Positions 38,652-51,700 of a stretch of 61,468 bases of DNA are shown piece after piece; within the stretch, counting starts at the first letter, position 1, and the number at the start of each line of letters is the position of its first letter. The notes under the pieces are model-generated. The model searched no databases, was not told where the DNA came from, and worked only from the letters and a program-made list of their open reading frames with translations. This DNA comes from a virus. Its lineage: Duplodnaviria; Caudoviricetes. The stretch spans positions 1-61,468 of the IMG/VR virus record IMGVR_UViG_3300027708_000078; one strand, 5' to 3'. A program made the position numbers and the translations under genes.

Positions 38652-40367
38652 ATGGCGGCAGAAGAACAATCAATAGAAGAAGCAATAAGACGGTTAACAG
38701 AAGCTATGAGTAATCCACTTAGTTTGGACAAATTTACAGATGCGGTTATTGAAATGAAGGTGGGCGCTAATGAGATTAATAAATATTTTGGACAATCAAG
38801 ACAAAGAATAGAAGAGATATCATTAGCGGTTGCAGATGCCATACCAAGAATTGAAAGATTAGGAGGAAGTCAAGCAGATGCCATAACTACAATAAAAGAA
38901 ATTGCTGAAGGCTCAAGAAAAAATATAATTGCGTCTACTGAGGATGTTGAAAAATTATATTCGGTAAGTCAATTAATGGGACGTAGCGTTGAAGATATTG
39001 TTGATAAATTTACAGATGTTGGTGTTGGATTTACACAAGTTGGAAAACAACTTGAAAGTTCTGTAAAATATATACAAAGTGTTGGTGCTAATGTCGAGCA
39101 AGTTATGTCGACTGTTGTAATCAAAACCGATTCTCTTAATAGGTTTCAATTTGAAGGGGGTGTTCAAGGATTAACTAAAATGGCAGCTCAAGCATCTTTA
39201 TTAAGATTTGATATGCAACAAACTTTTAATTTGGCGGATAAAGTATTGGACCCTGATAAAGCTGTTGAGGTTGCATCCGCATTTCAAAGAATGGGAGTAT
39301 CTGTAGGTAATTTAGTGGACCCATTTCAATTAATGAATCAGTCAATTAATGACCCACAAGGATTACAAACCAGTTTAGCTGAAGTCGCAAAACAATTTAC
39401 ATATTTTGATGAAAAAACAAAAACTTTTAAAATAAATCCTGATGGTGTTTTAAAATTAAGACAATTAGGTCCTGAAATAGGGGTTAGTGCTGATGAAATG
39501 ATGAAGTTAGGGTTGGCGGCAAAAGAAGTGGATACGATTTTTTCTCAAATAAAACCAAATATTGATATTCCCGAGGAAGATAAGACGTACTTATCAAGTA
39601 TTGCTAAGATGGGTGAGGGAGGAGAGTACACAGTTTCTATGGATGGTAAGGATAGAAAAATTAGTGAATTAACAAAAGATGAAATAACAAATTTAATTGA
39701 AGTACAAAAAAAAGCGCCAAAAACATCAGAAGACATTTTAAGAAGTCAATTAAGTTTAACTACGTTAATTCAAGCAGATGTTAAATCATTAGTAGATAGT
39801 GTTTCTTATGGCGCAGCATCTACCAAAGTGGTTAGAAAAGAAAGTGAAGGACTATATAGAGCTATAAGTGCTATTGGAGGTGGATTATCAAAAGCGGGAG
39901 CTAAGCCCGAAATATCAAGAGATATGTTTGATAAACTTATTAATAGTACAGGTGGACTTATAAGCGAATTAAAAAGTGGTAAAACGTTTGGGGAGGCGAT
40001 GACTAATTTTGGAAATAAATTGGAGATTCAAGGTGAAGAGGCTAAAGAAAAATTAAAAAGTGTTGTTAGAGAGTCATTAGGTAATATTGATGATAATTTT
40101 AGGCCTGATGCAAGTATGATAGAATCTATTGCTAATAAATTAATTTTAGAACCAAGTAAAAGGGTTGCAGGACTACCACAGAAAAAAACAACAGAAAATC
40201 AAAATGTTAATGTAAGTGGAGTAGTAACTTTTGACATTAAAGCACCAAATGCGATAACCCAACAAGAATTAAGTTCATATACCAATTCACCAGAATTTAA
40301 AGAATACGTAAAAAAATTAGTTGATAAACATTTTGAAGAAATGGCTCGTCTTAAAAAAGGACAATAA
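38652..40367 (+). CDS. tape measure protein
   Basis: Helical A/K/E/Q-rich 571 aa in the canonical position after tube and chaperone. Confidence 0.7.
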   Translation: MAAEEQSIEEAIRRLTEAMSNPLSLDKFTDAVIEMKVGANEINKYFGQSRQRIEEISLAVADAIPRIERLGGSQADAITTIKEIAEGSRKNIIASTEDVEKLYSVSQLMGRSVEDIVDKFTDVGVGFTQVGKQLESSVKYIQSVGANVEQVMSTVVIKTDSLNRFQFEGGVQGLTKMAAQASLLRFDMQQTFNLADKVLDPDKAVEVASAFQRMGVSVGNLVDPFQLMNQSINDPQGLQTSLAEVAKQFTYFDEKTKTFKINPDGVLKLRQLGPEIGVSADEMMKLGLAAKEVDTIFSQIKPNIDIPEEDKTYLSSIAKMGEGGEYTVSMDGKDRKISELTKDEITNLIEVQKKAPKTSEDILRSQLSLTTLIQADVKSLVDSVSYGAASTKVVRKESEGLYRAISAIGGGLSKAGAKPEISRDMFDKLINSTGGLISELKSGKTFGEAMTNFGNKLEIQGEEAKEKLKSVVRESLGNIDDNFRPDASMIESIANKLILEPSKRVAGLPQKKTTENQNVNVSGVVTFDIKAPNAITQQELSSYTNSPEFKEYVKKLVDKHFEEMARLKKGQ

Positions 40368-40407
40368 AAATATCAATATAATCTATTTATAAGAAACACT
40401 TTAGTAA

Positions 40408-43400
40408 ATGGCAAACAGTCCGTTAGATTTCCCATCAACCCAAACATTTAGAAATCGTCTTAATGTTAGAAATTTAGTGCCATATGCCAAATCACCAACA
40501 AGATATACACCCCCGTTAAATTTTCCATATATACAATCAAACTATGCTGTTATAGATAGTCCTGATTCACTTATAGATACTCCTATATTAGCAAATAGAC
40601 TTTATCCTTTAAATTTTTATGGTGCTAATGGAGGGTTTAATCAGTATGCGGACCCTAACATTTTATTGGGTACTCGTTCAGGTGCTGGTGAATATGGAGT
40701 TCAAAATGCGCATATTATAGATGAGGCGGCAGCACAAGCAAACGGACAAAACGGTTGGAAAGGATTAAATGCTTACGGTGATGGTTTAACATTAATTGAT
40801 TCTGCAGAAGCGTTCTCAACTCTTGAGATAATGCAGATTAACCAAAGTAGACAAGGAAACGCTCAACCATACCCCACAACATTTCTTGCTTCTTTCTATA
40901 ACCCTTTAAATATACTTTTATCCGATAATCCAAGAGGTAGTAACGGTAGTTTAAGTCAAGATTCTTTCTTGGCTAGATTAGGTGCAAAAACTTTAAGAAA
41001 AGAATTTCAAGATAGAATTGCAAGAGAGATTAGAAGACAAACTTTAGGTAGAGCAAACATTTTTAATGCTAATAGTGGTTCTGATATATTGGGAATGGTT
41101 ACAGGTACAATACCTTTAATCGAACCTAACTATCAAATAACCGTACCCGCAAACCCTTTAACAGCCGCAGCTCAACTTGCGCTTAGTTTGGCGGGAAGTA
41201 CATTACCATTATCATTAATACCTGGTTCTTATTTTGATGCATCAATTAATTCAGGACAACCAACAACAACACAACAGTTACAAAACGCATATTTAAATAC
41301 TGCGGGACAATCAAGTATATTGGGTTCGGTATCTTCGTTATTAAGCAATCCAAAAACAGGTTCACAAATATTTTTGGATAATACAGGGGCAGGACAAAAA
41401 TCAAGATTATTTAAAAATTTAGATTACAATAGATTTAAACCTGGTTATGATAGAGGAATCCTTAACAGATTAGGAGGTGCTATTGTAGGTACAACAACAA
41501 ATAATAGTAATTACTATATTGGTTCAACTACATCAGAACCTTCAAGAGTATTATCACCAAGTAGGGATTTACCTGTAAATGAGTTTGGACAAGAACAACA
41601 AAGTGAAGTTTATGGTCCTGTAGAGATTGCAAAATTATATGAAGGTGAGACAAGTAAGAATATTAAATTAGGTTCTAATGGTCCAATATATAGCGATGGA
41701 GGTGGAATAGAGGGAGGTATGACTTGGGTATCACCAAAGTATAAAAATAATGCGGGTAAGAAAGTTGGGGTTGGAGGGGATGTTATAAAGGAAGATAATG
41801 ATTTTAAAGAATCTTCATACGGACCAACAGAATCAACCACATTAAATTTTAAATCGGGGTCTATACTTGATGAAACACAAAGACTTATAAATAGTCAACC
41901 CGAAGGCGCTAAAAGATTACAACACGTAGGTAATGCGATAGACCAAGTTAGTAAAGTGTTTAATGATGGATATAGAGAATTAACAAAAGGTTCAAGAGTA
42001 CTTGCGTATGTTGGTGATATAGGGTTAGAAAAAGGTGCAGAATATTGTAGAGTCTTCGCTAAAGACATACCATATCTTCAGTATAATGATTTACAAAAAA
42101 CTGATGGTATGACCACCGAAGGAAGAAGATTTAGTTTTTCAGTTTTAGATAAGACGTATAATCTTAATATGTATCCAAACAAAAGAGAAGGGGGACAAGA
42201 TTCTACCAATCTTGTTATGGGTGGTGTTAATGGTGAGTATGCTAAAAAATATATGTTCTCATTAGAGAACCTTGCTTGGAGAACCTCGAATAGACCGGGT
42301 TATACCGTGTCAGATTTACCTGTATGTGAAAGAGGACCTAATGGAGGTAGAGTAATGTGGTTTGCTCCGTATGGTTTGACATTTACCGAAGGCTCAAGCG
42401 CAAATTGGAAATCTACAGACTTTTTAGGTAGACCTGAACCTGTATATACGTATAATAATACAAGTAGAACTGGTAGTTTAACTTGGAAAATTGTTGTAGA
42501 CCATCCATCAGTTTTAAACTTGGTTGTGAATAAAGTTTTAGCAAAAGAGACTAATAAAGCGAGAATTGATAGTATATTAGAATCATTTTTTGCAGGATGT
42601 AGAAAGTATGATTTATATGAACTTGCTAAAAAATATTATACTGTTAATCCTAATGATATATTTGAAATACAAAAAGAACTTGAATATAAAGATGTTTCTA
42701 CTGAGAGAGTTGAATATATAAAAAAAGAAGTTACAACGGGTAAAGATGGTTCGACAGACATAACGTCAACAAAAACACAATTACCTGATTTACACGAATT
42801 TAAAGATACTGCAGTATATTTTGGTAATGATTATCCAAAGCCTGGTAATAACGCACAAAACTATACAATAGAATATAATAGGTACACAACACCAAGTAAT
42901 GTTAGTTTATATACCAAGAATAATAGTAACACTGCAACTTTTTTTAGTAGTGTTATTACACCAAATTACCAAGCCATAGAAAAGTTAGCGATAGAAATAG
43001 ATAAATTACTTTCTAATACTCAAAATACAGGTAAGATTACATTAACAATTGAAGGAAGTGCTTCAGCACCTGCAAGTACAACTTATAATAAATCTCTTTC
43101 AGAAAGAAGAATTAATTCATTAAAAACTTACTTCGCAGAAAACCCAAAAACTAAAACACACGTAGCAAGCAAAAGATTACTTTTTAACGAAATTGCTAGT
43201 GGAGAAATTGCGGAAGTTCAACAATTTTCTAATGGTTCTATGCAAGCGGGTGCGAAAGTTAATTGTAGTGATACTAAAACAGTAAATGGTGAAGATAGTG
43301 TTGGACCAAAAGATGTTTTTACAACAAATGCAATGGCTTGTAGACGAGCGGTAATAAAAAACATAGACACAACAACTCTATCTGCTCCCGATACACAAGT

Positions 43401-45387
43401 AACAACTAAAACTGAAAGTACATTAAAAACACAAACAGTTGATGTTGCACAAAATACAACCACCACAACACAAGTGCCGCAAGAAGTTACAAAAACAGTT
43501 ATCAAAGACAACATAACTAAAAGAGTTTTAAGGGCATTACTAACGGAGTGTGATTATTTTGAAACAATTAAAGAAGAAACCCCTATGGTGTATGATAATT
43601 TAAGAGAAAAACTTAAATTTTTTAATCCTGCGTTCCATTCAACAACACCTGAAGGACTTAACTCAAGATTAACATTTTTACAACAGTGTATGAGGCCTGG
43701 AGATACAATACCTGTCGTACAAAAAGATGGACAACTTCAGTATAACAACGCAACAAATACTTCGTTTGGTGCACCACCTGTTCTTATTTTAAGAGTAGGT
43801 GATTTCTTCCATAGTAAAATAATACCCGATAATTTACAATTAACATACGAAAATTTAGATATTAATCCTGAAGGTATTGGTATTCAACCGATGATTGCAA
43901 ATGTTACCTTAAGTTTTAAATTTGTTGGAGGACACGGACTTGCAGCTGCGGTTGATAAGTTACAGAATGCGTTAAGCTTTAATTATTATGCTAATACAGA
44001 AATGTATGATGATAGGTCTGATGTGACAGATACAAGTTATCAAGTTTTAGATAAAGAATTTTTAGATTATTTTAACATACAAGTACCACCACCAACAGTA
44101 AACTCGGTACCAAATATTAATGGCCAAACTAATAATCAAACAATAGGTGTTATCACTTCGGCAACAACAACAACGTCAGGAGAGACAGGACAAATAAATT
44201 ACCAAGGGTATATGAATGGTTTTATTTTATCCACACAAACATACTTCACAAATGTATTAAATAAAAGTAAAGAAGTGTTTTCTCAATATAATAATGGAAT
44301 TAGACAGTTTTGGGCTTCAGATAGAAACTATCAAAAAGGAACAACAAATATTAATAGGACTAAAGATGTTCCTTTATTTGGTAAACCTAAAGATATTGAG
44401 AAAAAAATTGATGGATTGTTTTCAGACTTTATAAGTGATATTAATAATGATAAAGAAGGTCTTATAATTTTCTTAAAAGGAACTCCTGACAACCCAAAAA
44501 ATTTCTCAAGTAAAGTTATTAGGGCTTTAAAAGACAGTTACATAACTTATCTTAAAAGTAAAAAGTCAACATTTGAAAGTTCTTTAACACAAATAACTCA
44601 AAGTTTTTTAACAATACAACAAAATCTAATAAATAATGTTGCAAAAAATAACGTTGTTAACTTTGGACAACCTAATAATGTTTCAGGAACAGATGGTTTA
44701 CAACAAAAAAATGGATTTGTTAAATTGTATGTAACAAGCGGAACCGCATTAACTGAACTTAGTAACGATAGTTTAAAAATATTTGATAGTATTAAAAACT
44801 TTAGAGATGATACTGAAAAAGTTGTTAGTTTTGATAAATATAACGGAAATTTAGTGTATAGTGCTTTACCAACAAATCAAATATTTTCAGTATTTTCTAC
44901 TGACACAACATTTCAAAATGATTTATCATTCCAAAGAAGTTATTGTATTTTAAGTCAAGATATAATTGATGATGTGAAATATACAAAGTTCAAACAACAA
45001 ATTCTTGGGTCTTTAATTACTAATACCGCATTATTTAGTAGTGGTCCTGACGCAACAGAATTACAAGCACAATTTGATGCCTATTGGAAAACTTCGGCGA
45101 AACCAAAATTTGTTGAAGAAAATACAATTACAACATCATTCTATAATGTGTTAGAAAAAACTACTTTAAAAAATTATTTAAATTATAAACCTTTTGATGG
45201 TGCGGAAACTAAAAAATATGAATTAACTTTTACAACAGAACAAGGACCTGCGGAGTTAGCGCTTAAAGATGAAAGAGAAAAACTTATAAAGGCTTTGGGT
45301 GTCTCCCAAAATGAATATAAAACTTTTGATAATTGGGCTGACATTACAACTGGAAGTCTTGTCATATGTAAAGTAAAATTAAACTAA
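40408..45387 (+). CDS. large baseplate/tail-tube initiator protein with an inserted OmpA-like domain
   Basis: FLGRPEPVYTY...R.GSL.WKI and PPVLILRVGDFF (tube-initiator-like); VYFGNDYP...IEGSASAP...YN..LS.RR..S (OmpA-like). Confidence 0.6.
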   Translation: MANSPLDFPSTQTFRNRLNVRNLVPYAKSPTRYTPPLNFPYIQSNYAVIDSPDSLIDTPILANRLYPLNFYGANGGFNQYADPNILLGTRSGAGEYGVQNAHIIDEAAAQANGQNGWKGLNAYGDGLTLIDSAEAFSTLEIMQINQSRQGNAQPYPTTFLASFYNPLNILLSDNPRGSNGSLSQDSFLARLGAKTLRKEFQDRIAREIRRQTLGRANIFNANSGSDILGMVTGTIPLIEPNYQITVPANPLTAAAQLALSLAGSTLPLSLIPGSYFDASINSGQPTTTQQLQNAYLNTAGQSSILGSVSSLLSNPKTGSQIFLDNTGAGQKSRLFKNLDYNRFKPGYDRGILNRLGGAIVGTTTNNSNYYIGSTTSEPSRVLSPSRDLPVNEFGQEQQSEVYGPVEIAKLYEGETSKNIKLGSNGPIYSDGGGIEGGMTWVSPKYKNNAGKKVGVGGDVIKEDNDFKESSYGPTESTTLNFKSGSILDETQRLINSQPEGAKRLQHVGNAIDQVSKVFNDGYRELTKGSRVLAYVGDIGLEKGAEYCRVFAKDIPYLQYNDLQKTDGMTTEGRRFSFSVLDKTYNLNMYPNKREGGQDSTNLVMGGVNGEYAKKYMFSLENLAWRTSNRPGYTVSDLPVCERGPNGGRVMWFAPYGLTFTEGSSANWKSTDFLGRPEPVYTYNNTSRTGSLTWKIVVDHPSVLNLVVNKVLAKETNKARIDSILESFFAGCRKYDLYELAKKYYTVNPNDIFEIQKELEYKDVSTERVEYIKKEVTTGKDGSTDITSTKTQLPDLHEFKDTAVYFGNDYPKPGNNAQNYTIEYNRYTTPSNVSLYTKNNSNTATFFSSVITPNYQAIEKLAIEIDKLLSNTQNTGKITLTIEGSASAPASTTYNKSLSERRINSLKTYFAENPKTKTHVASKRLLFNEIASGEIAEVQQFSNGSMQAGAKVNCSDTKTVNGEDSVGPKDVFTTNAMACRRAVIKNIDTTTLSAPDTQVTTKTESTLKTQTVDVAQNTTTTTQVPQEVTKTVIKDNITKRVLRALLTECDYFETIKEETPMVYDNLREKLKFFNPAFHSTTPEGLNSRLTFLQQCMRPGDTIPVVQKDGQLQYNNATNTSFGAPPVLILRVGDFFHSKIIPDNLQLTYENLDINPEGIGIQPMIANVTLSFKFVGGHGLAAAVDKLQNALSFNYYANTEMYDDRSDVTDTSYQVLDKEFLDYFNIQVPPPTVNSVPNINGQTNNQTIGVITSATTTTSGETGQINYQGYMNGFILSTQTYFTNVLNKSKEVFSQYNNGIRQFWASDRNYQKGTTNINRTKDVPLFGKPKDIEKKIDGLFSDFISDINNDKEGLIIFLKGTPDNPKNFSSKVIRALKDSYITYLKSKKSTFESSLTQITQSFLTIQQNLINNVAKNNVVNFGQPNNVSGTDGLQQKNGFVKLYVTSGTALTELSNDSLKIFDSIKNFRDDTEKVVSFDKYNGNLVYSALPTNQIFSVFSTDTTFQNDLSFQRSYCILSQDIIDDVKYTKFKQQILGSLITNTALFSSGPDATELQAQFDAYWKTSAKPKFVEENTITTSFYNVLEKTTLKNYLNYKPFDGAETKKYELTFTTEQGPAELALKDEREKLIKALGVSQNEYKTFDNWADITTGSLVICKVKLN

Positions 45388-45710
45388 TGGCATTACAATA
45401 TTATAATAGATATAGTGATTTTTTAATAAATGGGCAACAAACCGTTGTTCCTTTCGTGCAAATACCACAAAAAACAACCGACAAAGTTTACATTTATAAA
45501 GTAGGACAAAGTAGGTTAGACAAAATTTCCCAGGAATATTATGGGACACCTGTGTTTGGATGGTTAATATTACAGGCAAATCCACAATACGGAGGATTAG
45601 AAAACTTTATTCCTGATGGCAGTATATTGATTATCCCTTATCCTTTACTACCTTCTTTACAAGACTATAAAGGAGCATTAAATAACCATTTTTATTATTA
45701 TGGCAGGTAA
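45387..45710 (+). CDS. LysM-like baseplate wedge protein (gp53/tail X-like)
   Basis: RLDKISQEYYG...GWLILQANP...IPDG..L.IP. Confidence 0.75.
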   Translation: MALQYYNRYSDFLINGQQTVVPFVQIPQKTTDKVYIYKVGQSRLDKISQEYYGTPVFGWLILQANPQYGGLENFIPDGSILIIPYPLLPSLQDYKGALNNHFYYYGR

Positions 45711-48700
45711 AATTCAAGGGGACAATAGTGGTAATATATTGGTAGAATATGACTACGATAACATTATACTTGTTGACCCAAACAAAACTATTAAGGATGG
45801 TAAAGTATCAGAAAGATTAGTTGACCACGAAAATTTGGTTATGTATGCTAATTTGGAGGCTGAACTATTACCAAGAACTAAGTTAGCAATTGGAAGTTCT
45901 CCTGATAATATCAGGACAGTCGCAATTGCAAAAATTAATTTTTTAAAACCAGGAACAAAAGATTTTCTCAGTACAGGGTATTACGATGAATTGACAGGTA
46001 AAGACACCACACAAGGTAAAGGTACGAACCAACAAAAAAGGGAATATATACCTCCTATGAACGGAGAGAAAGCTTATTATAAAATGAGCTCGATGGTCGG
46101 AGGAGAAGAAGGCTCAATAGATAATGGGTTATTAGGTATTACAAATATTAATATAAGAATATCGGCATCTTTTATACCTTCAGTTACAATAGATTTAGAA
46201 GACGCACAAGGAAGAGCCTTATTCCAACTTGGAGAAGACTCACCATATGCCGCATTTTTTCACTTACCATACCCACCATTTTATTTAACGTTAAAAGGAT
46301 ATTACGGACAAGCAATAAGATACCAACTTAATCTTGAAAAATTTAGTGCAAGTTTCAATTCTTTTAGTGGTAACTATCAAATTAAATTAGAATTCAAAGG
46401 ATACAAGTTCAATATATTAAATGAAATTAATATGGGTCATTTGCTTGCGACCCCCCATATGTATTCATCAAGGTTTGACATATCAAATTCAAGTAATGGA
46501 GAACAATCATCAAACTCATTACAAACCGCGGCAACACAGCAAGGTACTAATATTCCAAATACATCAAATAGTAAGAAAACTATTGTAGAACAAATGTATG
46601 TTGAGAGAGGGTATCAAAAAATTATTGAAGTTTATAGTGAGTATAAAGCGATAGGTTTAATTGATGCTAATTTTCCGGAGTTGACTGTTCAACAACTTAT
46701 GAATAAATTGGATATGTTTGAAAAAAACATAATTGATAACTATGAACCTAAAGTTAATGTTGTTGGATTAACAAATATTAGAAATTATAAGAAAAAATTA
46801 AAAGCGTTATATGATAGTGTTATCGGTGACTCACCTTCTTGGTTTTCTAAAAACTTAAACCCAAAACCATTTATTTTAAAAGAAACAGGACAAAAAATTT
46901 ATGCTTTTAAAAACAATTTTGACCTAACAAAAAAACCAACAGCAAAAACAGAATTATCGGGAATTATTAAAGAATATAATGAAGTTTTAAATAGTAACCC
47001 AACACTTGGGGAAAACGGAACAACAAAAATTACAAATGGTATAAGTATTAACGCAATTACTGCAACAACAACTAAAGATGATATTGATTGGATAAAAACA
47101 ACAACAGAACAAACAGGAATTATCTCTCCAACAACAATACAAGTTGAACAAGTAATAAATCAATACGATAAATTATTTAACGTTGGTTTATTTTCAAAAG
47201 TCGCAGCTCAAGTAACAGAAGCGTTTGTAGGACCTAAAGAACCTGGCCAAACATTTACAACTAAAGGAAACAAAAACACGGATACAACTGTTTTTGATGA
47301 TGTGTTTTTTATTTTTGATGGTAAAAATAGATTTATAAGTACCGTACAAGAAATGGATGCGGAGGCGAGTAAAAAACTTTCAGAGTTAGAAGATACTGTT
47401 AGTAAAGATTTAGCAAAGAAAATAGAAGACCCTGCAACAGGATTGGGTTTTAAACCTACCGTTAGAAATATTATTGCAATTATTATGGCATCTGCAGAGG
47501 CGTTCATAAGACTTATGGATGACTGTCATACAAAGGCTTGGGATGTAAAATATGACCCGGTTAGAAAAAATGCAATTTTAACAAATGAGATTGGTTCGGA
47601 CACTAAAAATATGGTTCAGTCAACATTTGTTAATCAATCCAACGATAGTAATTCACAAATACCCGTTTATCCTTGGCCTCAAGTATTTGTTGAACAAAAT
47701 GATGACAATAAAAAAGGAAAGTATCAATTAAAATATCCGGGAGACCCCTCGATTGTTGATAAAACAAAAGGTTTTTTATATGATAAATGGCCTGAAGTAG
47801 AATTTGTTGAAGAATTTGTAAAAGGATTAACTCAAAAATTTACACCACCAAATACACCGGCACCCTCATCAATAGAACAATTTACAAACATATTAAATAT
47901 AAATTCAATACAATTTCCTTTAGCGGATTTAACGTATCTTAATAAAGAAGAAGTTAAGTTTTTTTATGAAATATGGGAAAGACAATTTTTAACATCAAGA
48001 TATGAGAATTTAGTTAGATTAGGAGGTAACAATTCCGAGTATAATGATTTATTAAATTTACTTGTGGATGTGGAGTATAAAAATGTTTTAAACAGTTTGG
48101 GTAAAAGTAATCCATCTTTAAATTTTAATTTGAAGAATTTTAATTTTACTTCTGCAAACTATATTGATTTTTTCAAACAAATAAAACCTACAAACGTAAG
48201 TGAATCCTATATAAATTTTACTAAAGATAAATTTATAACTTCATACATACAAAATATAACTAATAGTTCCTTTTCAATTTCAAGTTTAACAGATTTAGGA
48301 AAAACACCAACAACCCAATTAGATGACAAAAAACTACAACAAATAGTTAAATCAACAAAAACTAATGAACCAAATATAATGGATTTATATCCATTTACTG
48401 TATCTGCTTGGTGTGATACGAACCTAGTTGATAGAAGCGTTAGTACGGGTAATTTAGTCTACAATACAACAAATTCTTTATTCATATTCAAACAAAGAAA
48501 TGTTATTTCCAATTTTACTGAATTAACAGATTATTCTAAAAATAGACCTGTGACTAATTTTTCTTTTGATAAAGTTTCCAATCCATTATCACAAAGTCAA
48601 TTTTATTCGTCGACAAACCAAACAGTTTTTTTACCGACATTTTATAATAATAGAGTACCTAAAGATTTTATACCGACAGAAGGATATTGTAATTTTAGTG

Positions 48701-51700
48701 TTCCAACATCACAGTTACCTGTTAAAACAACTACATCAATTTTAAACACTCCTTACTTTATAAATTCAATATTGTACGGTGTTAGTAAGTGGAACGGTGG
48801 TCAAAAAACAGAGACTTACGCGACTGCCGCATATCTTTTTATAAATTCATTACCTTTAACTTCGTTAAGAGAAAAATATAAAACAAACGGTACTAACTTA
48901 AACCAACTTGATTATATTTTTGCAACTCTAAAAAAATTCGGAGGAATCCATAAATTACCATACGCTTGGATTTTAAAGTTAGGTTCAATATGGTATAGAT
49001 ATAAAAAATATAAAACAAACGGTACGGATATTTTAAGTAGTGTTTGGGGTAATACAAATTATATTAATAATTTTGACCCCATAACCGCAAATCCAAACAA
49101 AGCTTACACATTAGATTTTAATGGATTAACAGGAAAAACAATACAACTTGAAAGTATCAACACAACAAGCATTTCAGTTCAGGCTGGGTTTTATCCAAAA
49201 CTTATAAATGATTTCAATATTTTTTATAAAGGAAATACATTATATACGACATATAGTGATAGTGAAATTCAAAAAACTATTGATAATGGTTTAAAACTAT
49301 ATAATTTCACACAGTCAAATTTAAACTTAACACAAAATTCATTACCTCTTATATATACAACTTGGTCTGTTCTATTACCAACAGATGATAGTACAGGTTA
49401 TTATTTCATACCATCATTTGGTGGAAATCAAAACCAAATTGTTAACTCATTAACAAGTAATGGTGTTGTTGTAGGAAATCATACCGTAAATGGTAATCCA
49501 TTTGTTTATAATGGCTCAACAAGATTACTTTGGGCGTCATCAAACTATGGGTATTTTGATACAAGTCAAATTGTAAAACCTGATGAGGAATCTTATTTAA
49601 ATAATATTACAGGATTAGGAAATGACTTATCACCTTTCGGATTACTTAATCAAAACAATTATTCAAAAATTGAAGAACTTTTTTCTGTTTTTAATAAAGA
49701 TATTTTAGATTCTTTTGAGAAAGAATTTATAGAATTTTCAAACCCCGCCGATAATATAAAAGTTACATCAACATCCACAACTTACGACCAATCTTTAGGT
49801 GACCCAAATATTAATTTTAAAAACTTCCAATTATTATTTAGAAGTTTGATGTTTATAAATTCACCAAAACAAAGTGATACTAATGATACTTATTTTTCAA
49901 GTTCAATTGCGTCTCAACTTAATAATTTTTCTTTAATAATAAAAAACTTTTTACAGTATGATGTTATTTTTAGATATGGTAATCCTTCAGACTATAATAG
50001 ATATATTTTTGATTCTTTTTTACAACATAATTTAAGTTTAACAAACATACAAACAACGACTAATAGAATTACGGGAGACACATTAAATAATATTTTTGCA
50101 GAAAAGTTTGGACCATATGTTGCAGGAACCTTACCGTCATCAAACGGAACCATAACGTTGAATCAATCAAAAGCCGCTCATTCAAATGAATGGTTGGATT
50201 TAGAACTGTATGTTGGATTCTCAACAATATCACAGTTGGTGTATGATAATAATGGTTCATATATAACTGATTTCTTTATAGATAATAATATTGCTTTTAC
50301 TTCAAGTAATATTAAAAATCTGGCAACAATAATAAAAATGTATGCGACACAAAAATTAAATAACTCAAGGATAACCCCAAAAGAATTTAATACAAAAATT
50401 AATGATTATTTAGGTTTATGTAGTAAATTACAAAACGATACATTAGATGCAATATTAGGTAAATTAAGAAAAGATTTACCTGATTACCAAGAAGTACAAG
50501 AAAAAACAATTGACTCTCAAGTTTCAGGACAACAATCAAAAGTTGATTTATATGAAAACTTTAAAGCATTAAACGATAAATGGATTGCAGGTGGGGATTA
50601 TAAGACAACCACATATTATGAAGATGTTTTATTTTTAGATAGAGCGTCAAGAAATATTGGAGACACCATATTCTTAGATATTTTTTCGCTTAAAGAAGTG
50701 TTAAATGAAAAATCAATAAACGCCACTATGTCAGTTCATACATTTATAAGTGGGTTATTGATTAGAAATAACTTTACAGTAATGAACCTTCCTGCGTATG
50801 TTAATTTTTATAATGTTAGAAATATTGATGGAGTACCAACACCTAAAGCCGACGGCTCAAACGAATTTGCGGATAATATGTGGGGAACATTTTTGAATGT
50901 TGATTATAGAGATTCAGGACCAAAGATGGTGTGTTTTTATGTTGGTAAGCCATCAAGTTATCAAGATATGGATAAGAGTAAAAATTTCTTATTTAGGTCT
51001 GATGCATTCCAAATTGAAAGAAACGATAACCCATTAGTTGAAGACCAAAACGGGAAAAAAGACCATTTATTTTCTAACAAGTGTGTTGGTTTTAATGTTG
51101 ATATTGGTATTAGAAATCAAAACGTATTCAACTCGTTTACTGTTTCTCAAGATAATGGGAAGGCAACCGCAGAATCAATAGACACACTTCTTAATATGGT
51201 TAATCAAGCCACAGGTAGAGATACCGCAACACAAAACGTTAGTCTTTGGAATTACTATAATAATAGGAGTTATGGATGTCAAGTAGTTTCTTTAGGAAAC
51301 GCGTTGATACAACCCACTATGTATTTTAATTTACGACACGTTCCTATGTTTAATGGGCCTTACTTTATAACAGATGTAAGTCACGTAATATCTCCTGGTA
51401 ATTTTCAAACAACGTTCACAGGAACTAGACAGGCCATATTCGATTATCCTGCGTTAGATAGTTTTTTACAAAGTATCAACAGAAATCTTTTAACAAAAAT
51501 AGAACAGGCGATAACACAAAAATCTAGCGATACTGTAAACACAGGAACCGACGAGATTTCAAAATCAAAGTATGTTCAAAAAAATTCTGATATTACAAAA
51601 TCAACGCCAAACAGTTGTGTAAATGTTTTAAACCCAGCATATCAAACTGCAGGATTTACTTCTATAGCGGCTGTCGAAACAAATATTAATGCTCAAGATT

